NCBI RefSeq assembly: GCF_006345805.1
Contig: NC_043012.1
Location: 30,442,001 to 30,506,000 of the forward strand
From: Octopus sinensis
Taxonomy: Eukaryota
Direction of reading: 5' to 3'
Length of the DNA: 64,000 nucleotides
Shown here: positions 53,855 through 64,000 of the stretch, piece by piece
Position numbering within the stretch: position 1 is the first letter of the stretch
How the letters are laid out: each line of letters opens with the position of its first letter
Program-made: the position numbers and the translations under genes
Notes under the pieces: model-generated
Database searches by the model: none
Seen by the model: only the letters and a program-made list of their open reading frames with translations
What the model was told of the DNA's origin: nothing

Positions 53855-54865
53855 TCAACATGGTCTGCAGCTGATCTGTACTTTCGGCAAGGAGTTCCAT
53901 GTCATTTCCGAATCAAAGATGTGTTAGTAGCTTGGTGTTGATGTCCACACCACCTGTCCACTCAATGTCTTTGATGACCATTGCTGGACATGCAGTGAAA
54001 CCTTCGGAGAGACGGCATCTCCTCGTCTAACGTCCTTCCCAGTTGGATCTCTTACTACTGACAATAGCACAGTTATATCAACACTGTGTCCTGACTTCAC
54101 AACCATCAGTAGTTTGGTTTATTGTGCCTCGACAACTTGCATTTCCAGAGCTTTCAGGAATTCAATCATCTTACCGCCATCGAAGGCCTTTTGGTAGTCA
54201 ATGAAAGTGATGTGCCGACACAGCTTGTATTCTTTCGTTCGATAAGCCTAGTTGGTGTGAATAGGTAATCCATCTCATTGAAGTTGTCATGGAAACCTGC
54301 TTGCTACATCGGCTCTTGGTCGTCGAGATGTTTCGATAGTCCGGTGGCTATGACCTTTGTACACAGTTTGTAGAAATGAAACAAAAGGCGATAGTTTCTG
54401 AAATCTTTTTCACTACCCTTCTTATAAAGCAAGATGGTATTCAACTCTCTCCACAGCGAGGATATTTTATCCTCCTTCAGACAGCGACTGAAGTGTAGAA
54501 CAAAAGATTTTCCAAAGCTCTTCACCACTGCATCTTAACATCACTGTTGTTGTGCCATCTTTTCCCGGATTTTTGTTTACTTTCATCAGTTTGACGACAT
54601 TTTCATTTTCATTGACCAGAATAGGTGGCACTTCCAACATTTTTTATGGTGGAAGATCGATCTTCGGTGACAATCCAAAAAGCTTGGTGTAGAAGGTTTT
54701 GCATGCCCATTCCAACTTCATTTTGACTGTCACCATGAGCCTATCTTTGTTCTTAAGGGATGTCTCCTCTGCCATTTAGGATACCAACACTCTCCTTTAA
54801 CTTTTGTAGACTTTTCCTTTTCCTTTGCTCTGCAGCATGCATCTCCTTCGTTAATCTTTAGTTCT
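53850..54865 (-). mobile_element. RTE-clade LINE, inverted 5' portion (linker to RT domain 5)
   Basis: Minus-strand fragments FYTKLF, ILLYKKGSEKDFRNYR, QAGF, FIDYQKAFD, DVRRGDAVSPK, THL*FGND..LLAESTDQLQTML. Confidence 0.85.
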
Positions 54866-54869
54866 CGAA

Positions 54870-55420
54870 ATCATTTTGTAAAGGTTGGAAGCGATGAAAT
54901 TGAGGCGGTAAAGGAATACGTTACTTAGAGCACACAAAGAATATACGCTAAGGTGTGGATGCTGAAACTTCGAAGAGTATAGGGGCAGGATGGTAGGTAT
55001 TTAGCTCAATAAAAAATGTGCTTAAAAGCAAAGCTGGACAAGAACATACAGGCCAGAGTCTTCAATAGCACCGTCCTATTTGCGCTAGTGAAGGACATCG
55101 ATTGATCACGATGCAAAGAGCCACGGTAAGAGTCATGTTAAGAGTAACCTTGTGAGATTATATCCGAAACGAGAAAATTCGGTAATAGAGCAGAGTGAAC
55201 GACGTGTCCACAGAATACCAGAAGCTCAAGTTTCGCTGGACCGAACATGTTGCAAGGTTCACAGACAACAGTTGGACCTGTGCAATTCCCGAGTGGTATC
55301 CATGAGATTGGAAAATACCACTCGGAAAATCTCCATGTCGACGGGAAAGGATTTAATGAATGGATTTGGTCCAAGATAGAAAAAGACAGAACTGCAAGCA
55401 CATTGTAACCAGTGATGTTT
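54870..55420 (+). mobile_element. RTE-clade LINE, 3' portion (RT domain 7 to end)
   Basis: Plus-strand fragments VKVGSDEIEAVKEYV.LG, IRNEKIR, KLKFRWTEHVARFTDNSWT. Confidence 0.85.
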
Positions 55421-56920
55421 AACAACATCCAGTTGTGTAGTCGATACAATGATACGTGTGTGTGCGTGTATGTGTATGTGTGTATGTGTGCGTGTATGTG
55501 TGTGTGCGTGTATGTGTGCGTGTATGTGTATGTGTGCGTGTATGTGTGTGTGTGTGCGTGTATGTGTATGTGTGTATGTGTGCGTGTATGTGTATGTGTG
55601 CGTGTATGTGTGCGTGCGTGTAGGACTGCAACACACTTCCTGTGTACCAAATTTATTGAGAATGCATTGGTTGGCCCAGATTAATAGAAGATATATGCTC
55701 AAGGAACCGCAGAGTGGGACTGAACCCGAAACCAAGTGGATGTAAAGTGAGCCTCAGAACCCTGGATGTATTTATTAAGTTCTAAACTAATATTTTGCCT
55801 TTTTTAAAACTATTCTAATAATTATTGTTACTCTTGAGTTAATTGTGTTGATACGGTTTCAATTCCCAGCTCGTTTATTTTTCTTTCTCAAAATCAGTCA
55901 AAACCACAGAACAACATTATTTGAACAAGTCCCTCCAGAAATATTGTTCCCATTACAAACATATGTTAACCTAATGACATGTGTTTGTAATTTTATTAAA
56001 CTTGACTATTTGTCTACCCGCATTGCAATTACCTAGACACACTCAGTAGGTGGGGCTTCACTTCCCTAGAAGAAATACCGCCTTAAGTCAACCGGATCTG
56101 GTAATCAAGATCCAGCCGTGATCACCCATGTGGATTTCATATGAGTTGAGTTATTAAATAATCTGTTTGTTTCGTTCCAATGTTATATAAATTAACATAA
56201 TATTTTTATCGTAGTGTTTTATGTTTTTTTTTGTTGTTGTTTGTAGCTCTGTTCTTCTACAACTTTTGTTGGCTGAAGCACCGCCATCCTCATATGTCTC
56301 CTGATACAGCGCTGACCTTAGTAATTTCTACCATCAGGAATTTCCAAAGTTCGTGGAACATTGGAAAGAGGCCATGAAGAAGGAAGGATAATATGTAAAC
56401 CGATTTTTGAAAATTGTTGAAAATTAAAGATTAGATTAAATGGGAAAACGGAGGAATTTAACGAAGAGTCGAAGAATATAAACTAACGATTGCATCCTCA
56501 AAGGTTGCTTCATTTTTTAAAAGTGGGTTGCGATATGAGGAAGATTCCATTGCTATTTCCCCCTCGTTGATTCAATGTGCACCAATGATATTATTTCACC
56601 AGAGATGCTAACGTTTTTAATTCGTGTTTCTAAATGAAGATTGATATCCTTCATCGTATAGCCAACAATCGATATAAAAAAAAGTTCACTTTGAGATATG
56701 TAAATGTTAGGGTTTCCCAGAATATGTACTAAAACGCGACCCTCTTCACATCCGCCAAGAAACGGTTATTTTCACTTTGAGGGACTCTCGAAGATTCTTC
56801 GCTTGGTTTTGGTTAGACAATGAATATAGCTCCAAAGAGAAGTGTACAAACTGACACGTGCATACTTATACACGCACATACGCATTTAATATAACACACA
56901 CACACATACACACACACACA

Positions 56921-56951
<31 letters not shown>

Positions 56952-56963
56952 ACACACACACAC

Positions 56964-57610
56964 AGAGGGTGCGGTGAATAAACAGTCATCTAAATTACGC
57001 AAAAGTGAGCGTGACACATTTCATTTCAACAGATATATTACCAAAATTGCATAAGAATATCTTGAAATACTGAAGAGTAAATTTATTCAATAAAATCGTC
57101 AATGGCTTCAACCACGGCTTCCAGATGCGACTGCCGAGCCTCTTGCCACTCCTCTGGACAGTCTCCTTGTTTAAGTTGTTGAATGCTGCCATAATCCTTG
57201 CCGTCTATCCATCTTTGGTGTTACAAGCAGTTTTGTTGGTCTCTCGCTGAACTGCGCCCCACACATAGTAACCAAGGGGGTCTGAGGAGTTAGGTGGCCA
57301 GATGTTAAGGGTGATGTGGTCACAGAAATCGTCTGACAGCCATGGCTGGGTTCTCCAGCTTGTGTGCAGAGTCCTGTTGCCAGACATGGGGTTTTCCAGC
57401 AGCCACTCTCTTGACCCAGGGCAGTACTATCTCCTCCCGGCACTTGATGTAGGCCTCTGTGCTGAGTCTGAGCCCCTGTGGGAAGATGAAATGTTCGTAT
57501 TGGAGCTTCCGGCACGAATGTCAAGAAGTACAGCATGTCGTTTCTAAATTTCTGGCAGGGTGAATTGCGTCATGGTGCTGTTTTTCTCACAGACGGTGCC
57601 CAACAGACCC
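56964..57610 (-). mobile_element. Tc1/mariner (maT/DD37D-like) transposase 3' half, decayed
   Basis: Minus-strand fragments LPWVKRVAAGKPHVWQQDSA, DHITLNIWPPNSSDPLGYYVWGAV, KTACNTKD, MAAFNNLNKETVQ. The subfamily call is by similarity; D-D spacing is not countable because of deletions. Confidence 0.8.
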
Positions 57611-58320
57611 TACTATGCTGTGTAGTCGACAAAATCGAAAGCAAACGACGTGCAAGCGCGAAATTAAAAACATAAAATGGCGAAAATTTATCTTTCTCAC
57701 CCTCTACATGATAAATAAGTATATGTGTCTGTCTATTCATATGTGTGTGTGTGTGTGCGTGTGCGTGCGTGTGTGTGTGTGTGTGTGTGTGTGTCTTCTA
57801 TTCTGTAGCGCCCCAAACCGGACATGCGCGCATGCACATAAACGCTCATATAGCTGTACACACACGCACACACACATGTAAATATATATATTATACGCGT
57901 ATGTATATATAATATATATATAGTTTCACACATGCATTAACATTGGAATAAAGTCTACAGCAACGGGAGTTGGACATTTTAGAAATGTGTGTGTGTGTGT
58001 GTATGTGTGTGTGTGAGCGTGTGCGCGTGAGTGTCACCTTTCTCTATTGAATAAGAAAATTAAAAAGATGAAATTGAAGAAACTCACATATACAAGCACA
58101 CGAGTAAACACACACCTACACATCTGCATGCATCCATCCATACATACATATATAGACATGTATATATTACTACACATGTTAAGCCCACAAGAACACACAT
58201 ACATAGACATACACACATGGACCACATACGTACACACATACATACAGAGGCTCGTATATTTGCCACCCAGCCAAAAGGAAAAAGACACACAAACGCACAT
58301 ACACACACACACATACACAC

Positions 58321-58356
<36 letters not shown>

Positions 58357-58649
58357 GCGCGCGCGTGTTAAACACACTGTGGAAAGTGTACAATTACCTT
58401 TTCTCCAAGAACTTGAGAATTTGGACGTGATTTACATCGAAGTTTTCCATAAAACCTGTTTTGGCCTTAATTTGTTAAATTCCTTTCACGTCACACAGGC
58501 ATACACACATAAACACACACATACACAAACACGCACACACAAACACACACTCACACACACAAACGCATAGAAGCAAACGCGTATACATATACGCTTCCAC
58601 ACTTACACAAACCCGCAGGCTTACCATCTCAGGCGCGTACACACACACA

Positions 58650-58680
<31 letters not shown>

Positions 58681-58706
58681 CACGCGCACACACGCACACA
58701 CACACA

Positions 58707-58753
<47 letters not shown>

Positions 58754-59738
58754 AAGGTTCACCGTGTTTGCTCTGTATCCTTTCCTTCGCAATTAATCTC
58801 CGCGGTTCTGTATATTCGTTGTGTAGATATGTGTATGTATGCAGATGCGTGCGCACTTACTTACCTGACTTATATTATATAACACATGTGGTTGCAGCTC
58901 AGACCATCTGCAATAAACGACAAAGGCCACTGGATGTATGTATTTTTAATTGCATGTGTGTGTGTATATGTGTGCGCGCGCGTGTCTGTATATATATATA
59001 TATAATATATGTATATATGTGTATATGTGTATGTGTGTGCGTATATGTTTATATATACACACACACTCACACACATATATATATATATACACACACAAAC
59101 ACACACACACACACACGTATGTATCTATGCCAAATCTACTTTAATATCCTTCCCATATTTTTCTTTCTTTCCTCCCTTAATTACTTGTGAGTTTCTCTTT
59201 TCGCCCCTAATTATAACACTCCCATACATCAAAACTCATCTCGCCCTTCGCTACCACCACCACCACCGCCACCACCACCGCCGCCAGCAGCAGCAGCGAA
59301 TTATCATTGTCATTCAATACCCTTAAACTATCCACCGTTCTTAAACTGTGTAAGCCAACATTTTTTTCTCACTTCCGCTCAACGAGGGGGTCATTGCATT
59401 TCACGCTTTAACACTTTGCACATGTAATCAGCAGCCATATTGTTTGTTTTTCTCTCAATGTACTTGCATTTATTTTTGTGGGTTTTGCTATTGTTTTTTT
59501 TGTTGTTTGATGTTGTGTTTGTTGTGGTTGTTGTTGTTGTGGATGTTTTTGTATTCAGTGTAAGTTCGCTCGGAAATGTTGGATATTTGCGTCATTTTGC
59601 CTTTCGGCCTCTCTCCTCCCCCATCTTTTAACATCGACTTTTTTACAACTTCCATCATAGTATATTATATTGATATATAGTTAGCTAGATAGAATGACGT
59701 AGATAGAGAGATACATAAATAGATAGCTAAATAAAGAT

Positions 59739-59816
<78 letters not shown>

Positions 59817-59909
59817 GGATGGATGGATGGATGGATGGATAGATAGATAGATAGATAGATAGATTGACTGACTGACTGACTGACTGACTGAAAGATAAAT
59901 AAAAGAACT

Positions 59910-59953
<44 letters not shown>

Positions 59954-60275
59954 GGAGAGAGAGAGAGAAATATAAAACAGTTTTGAACTCTATGATGTAA
60001 CAGCATCACGTAAAAGCCTAAACAGCCTCAACGATAACATAATCTGCATCCCATAACGAGGACAAGGTTAGACTAGAACAGCAGGTGAAGGTTGATATGT
60101 GGGACTTGACATAATAAAGACTGTTTAACTGTGCCACCATAACAAGACCCTTCTTTATTCACTTCCGACGCCCTCAACTTCCGCAGGAAGTGGCATCAAT
60201 GGTCACATCACATCCATTTTTATGTTGCTATCTGTCTGAATCTCAGTCAGCTTGGTGCTTGTGGATGGAGATATA

Positions 60276-60315
<40 letters not shown>

Positions 60316-60544
60316 TGTGTGAGGATGTGTGCATGTGTGTATGTATATGTGTGTTTATTTGTCTTCATTTTAGTTTGTCTATCCAAGTCAGATTCTATCT
60401 ACTTGTCTCTTTGTTTATGCTTCCATCCATCTGTTAATCTACATATAAGTATATATATATATATATATATATATATGTAGGTCCCGGGTTGAATCCGGGG
60501 TAACCACAGTAAGTAAGGTACTCAATACAAATAATAAATATATA

Positions 60545-60604
<60 letters not shown>

Positions 60605-60612
60605 TATATATA

Positions 60613-61197
60613 AGTCAAAATATGGGTGAAAAAATTGGATATTAATTTAAACACCAATTCAAACACCAAGTGGCCTAGCGTATAAAAGACTGGGATTCAG
60701 TAAATATTATTAATACAAAAACTAAGAGAGAATCCACTATGTGGATGCTCTAACGCTAGATATAGATCCGCAAAGGGAATCCATCATCAAAGAATTGTTC
60801 TCAAGAAATAATTCAACACACCAAGAACGTAAGCGAGCAGGACAAAGGAAAAATAATGAAAATATAGATTAACTTTATACAATTGTTTCATCGTTAATAA
60901 ATTATGTAATTTTACTTACATAAATATCTTCGATTCTTCAGTAGAGTACGTCAAAAATATAATTTGTCGAACTGCACGGCAAATATCAACACGAGGTTGG
61001 AGAGAGGCGAACAGTACGGCCGATTATATTCACAGTTACATTCAAATGCTCTCGTTCTGGCGCGCTAAATTTCCGGATATAAATACTGCATAAGTAATTT
61101 ACTGCCGGTTTGAGAACATATTAATTTTGTGTATTAATTTGGTGTTTGAATTGGTGTTATTAAATTAATATCCAATTTTTTCACCCTTATTTTGACT
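60613..61197 (-). mobile_element. Monomer of a diverged relative of the 490-bp family, with a ~58-bp inverted copy of its own end
   Basis: Shares GGGTGAAAAA..GATATTAATTT, AACACCAAGTGGC.TAGC, AGAG..ATCCACTATGTGGAT..CTCT and the HHR with the array; 60613-60669 and 61139-61197 are inverted repeats; (TA)n at the left edge. Confidence 0.85.
60872..60947 (-). ncRNA. Type I hammerhead ribozyme motif with intact core
   Basis: Minus strand reads ACTCTA-CTGAAGA-ATCG...TATGTAA(GTAAAA)TTACATA...CGAT-GAAAC-AATT-GTA|TAAAGT; helix I has one C.A mismatch. Confidence 0.8.
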
Positions 61198-61199
61198 CA

Positions 61200-61764
61200 C
61201 CCAGAGACAAGTTGGAAGTTCATGTTGGTGTTATTCCTGTGGTGCCATATATTTGGTTTTGCACATAGTATTGTTCTAGAGAATATTTAAGAAACCATAA
61301 GAAAATTATGTTCGTTTTAAAACTTGAGATTTCATAGAAAGTATTTTGCGTAGGATATGAGCAGTTCCCATGATCACTATCTTTTGAATTTCTGCCAGTT
61401 TGAGGTTTCCTGGTATCTGAGTTAGGTAGCAATCAGCCCCTTTTGCTATCATTCCCAGGGCACCTATGACAATAGGTATTGTTTTAGTCTTCAGGTTCCA
61501 CATTTTGCCGATTTCAATTTCAAGATCTTTATACTTGCTCAGTTTTTCGTAGGTCTTGACAGATACGTTTATTGGGACAGTCATATCAATGAGGAGGCAT
61601 GGATCTAACAGTATTTGTCTCTCTTATTCAATATGAAAATATACGGCCAACAGTGTTCGATTACACGATCCGTCTGAAATTCATTGTCCCAGAGTATCGT
61701 TATTTTCCCATTCTCCTGCATAACTTTACTTGGTAGATGCTCATACCAGTTCTCTGTTACTCCA

Positions 61765-61765
<1 letters not shown>
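61200..61765 (-). mobile_element. R4/Dong-like element, 5'-truncated (REL endonuclease region plus partial 3' UTR)
   Basis: TILWDNEFQTDRVI, LIDMTVP..VSVKTYEKLSKYKDLEIEIGKMWNLKTKTIPIVIGALG, IQKIVIMGTAHILRK; abuts (TAA)n at its 5' end. Confidence 0.85.
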
Positions 61766-61803
<38 letters not shown>

Positions 61804-61805
<2 letters not shown>

Positions 61806-62016
61806 GGCGGCGAGCTGCTAGAATCGTTAGCGCGCTGGACAAAATGTTTAGCGGAATTTCGTCCGTCTTTACGTTTTGAGTTCAAATTCCGCCGTGGTCG
61901 ACTTTGCCTTTCATCCTTTCGGGATCGATGAAATAAGTACCAATTATGCAGTGGGGTCGATGTAATCGACTAGCCTCTTTCCCCAAAATTTCGAAGGCCT
62001 TGTGCCTTGAGTAGAA
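61804..62016 (+). mobile_element. SINE embedded in (TAA)n
   Basis: AAGGCGGCGAGCTG...GAGTTCAAATTCC (B box)...GGGGTCGATGTAATCGAC; related segments at ~37830, ~39520 and ~40410. Confidence 0.75.
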
Positions 62017-62034
62017 ATAATAATAATAATAATA

Positions 62035-62069
<35 letters not shown>

Positions 62070-62074
62070 TAATA

Positions 62075-63185
62075 TCGTGGAAAATCACGAGAGACGAAAG
62101 AAGCTTCATTCTATCATCAAGGAAAGCAAAAAATTTGCTATTGATCTCGTGCAGGATACCCAAACTGAACAACCCGAGGGAAGTACGGCAACTATTGTTG
62201 CAAAGAAGGTGAAAATGATGGCAATGAAAAAAGCGCACGAGCAATTGGCTGATAGGTGGGAGGAGAAACCTCTGCACGGCAAATATGTGACCCGCAGCAA
62301 ACAAGCTGATGTTGACCAGAAGCAAACCCATCAGTGGCTGCGGAGCTCAGGGCTAAAAGCAGAGAGCGAAGGTTTCATCCTGGCTGCTCAAGACCAAAGC
62401 CTATCAACCCGGAACTACCAGGCCAATGTGATGAAAATGGAGCAGACCCAAAATGCCGATTCTGCAACGACATGATTGAAACAGTGGACCACCTAATCTC
62501 TGGATGTAAAGTCTTAGCACCAGTGGAGTATAAATTAAGACATGACAGAGTTGGCCAATATCTCCACTGGCTAATAAGTCGGCATTACAATATTCAAAAC
62601 TGCCGACAAGTGGTATAATCACCACCCTGAGGCTGTAACTGAAGGAGAAAATGTAACCATTCTGTGGGACTTTCCAGTACATACAGACCGAACCATCAAG
62701 GCCAATAAACCAGATATTGTTGTGAAGACCAAAACAATAAAGTTTGCTTATTGATCGACATGAGCATCCCCTGTGATCATAATATCTCAGCGAAAGAGTT
62801 GACAAGCTCAGAAAATATAAAGACCTACTCATTGAAATTGAGAAATGTGGCATCTCAAGGCGGTTACAATACCAGTGATCGTAGGAGCCCTAGGAATGAT
62901 CAAGAAGGGAACCGAAAATTATATGAGAATGATCCCTGGTTACCATCCCTGCAAGAAGTGCAAAAATTGTCTTAACTGGTACATCACACGTATTGAGAAG
63001 AGCATTGTCGATGTGAGAAATGTTGCTGCTCATGCATTTTAATTAACTTAAAAAAAAAAAATTAAAAAAATGAACGAACTACTGAGTTGGTTTAATGGCC
63101 TACCAATATACACTATGAGTTTTCTTTGCCCTAGGAGTCGGGAAGACACTCGGCAAGAAATGGAAGAAAATTTGAAAGAAGAAAA
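62075..63185 (+). mobile_element. R4/Dong-like element, 5'-truncated (CCHC motif, REL endonuclease, 3' UTR)
   Basis: LHGKY, GFILAAQDQSL.TRNY, KCRFC...ETVDHLISGC, RHDRVG, ILWDFPVHTDRTIKANKPDIVV, LIDMSIP, IPVIVGALG; frameshifted; (TAA)n on both sides. Confidence 0.88.
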
Positions 63186-63203
63186 AAAAAAAGTAATAAT
63201 AAC

Positions 63204-63252
<49 letters not shown>

Positions 63253-63321
63253 TAATAATAATAAATTATAATAATAATAATAACAACAATAACAACAACA
63301 ACAACAACAAACAACAACAAC

Positions 63322-63870
63322 AAATGCCCTGATGCAGTACAAGGTAGTGGCTGTCGTGGCTTCTGATCCTAACTGATTGGAAGTGCTATATTGTCTTGGT
63401 ATAAAAGATGAGCTACAGCAAATATTCTGCTCAATACCACAGATTTGCTTGTCAGTTGCTTGACCTTAACCAGTTGACCATGTCCCTTAGTGGCTGACGA
63501 TATGTGCATCTCCGATCACGAGCAGAAGTAGTGGGGGAGCATCATAGCTGTGTGTTGAGAGGGATTCTTTGGAGTTTGGATAATTCACCTCTGGAAACAT
63601 GGGTGGTTTGTTCAAAATCCTTAAACAACCCTTATTCAGGGACCGTTTGAGCGGGATGGGTTACTCGACTAGAAGAAAATTTTAACTGGGCCCTACCTGC
63701 AAGGTCATGTGCTGTTTATCTTGATACGAGATCACCATGTCGCGCACATATGGCTGTGAAGCATGTGCCTGGTGTACCCTTATCAGACGGGTAGTCATGA
63801 TGGGTATACTGGGCTTCGTATATTTGTACCCCAGTGTCACTTTGATGGCATGCACTGCTTTCTCACTCAA
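63322..63870 (+). mobile_element. Unclassified interspersed repeat ending in a (TAA)n tail
   Basis: Higher-complexity ~550-bp block between (CAA)n and (TAA)n, ending CTCACTC-AATAATAAT like a retroposon 3' end; no ORF. Confidence 0.45.
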
Positions 63871-63952
63871 TAATAATATAATAATAATAATATAATAATA
63901 AAATTATTATATATTATTATTATAATTATTATTGTTATTATTTTTATCTTTA

Positions 63953-63994
<42 letters not shown>

Positions 63995-64000
63995 TCATTT

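Overview
AT-rich, microsatellite-saturated animal genomic DNA. The repeat landscape looks like a cephalopod (Octopus-type) genome; this is inferred from repeat families and simple-repeat density, not from a search. Most entries in the ORF track are translations of (TA)n/(CA)n/(GAT)n tracts and are not genes. One real gene is visible: a + strand rolling stone-like (FAR-17a/AIG1-related) multi-pass membrane protein with three in-frame spliced exons (23708-23921, 40212-40328, 42850-43292; 257 aa). Its N-terminal exon was not located. The rest is transposon debris: tRNA-derived SINEs, RTE, CR1 and R4/Dong-like LINE fragments, Tc1/mariner, a hAT MITE and Helitron-like repeats. The most striking signal is a set of (TA)n-associated, non-coding repeats carrying Type I hammerhead ribozyme (HHR) motifs, in at least four sequence families. 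They include a 4.4 x ~490-bp tandem array (49505-51662) with one HHR in each complete unit, ending in a fold-back that starts at the predicted cleavage site. There is also a diverged monomer of that family with compensatory helix II changes (60613-61197), and fold-back HHR elements at 34.6, 35.5 and 49.3 kb. This resembles a Penelope-like pLTR / retrozyme-type system. All structures were read by eye; no folding, alignment or database search was run.
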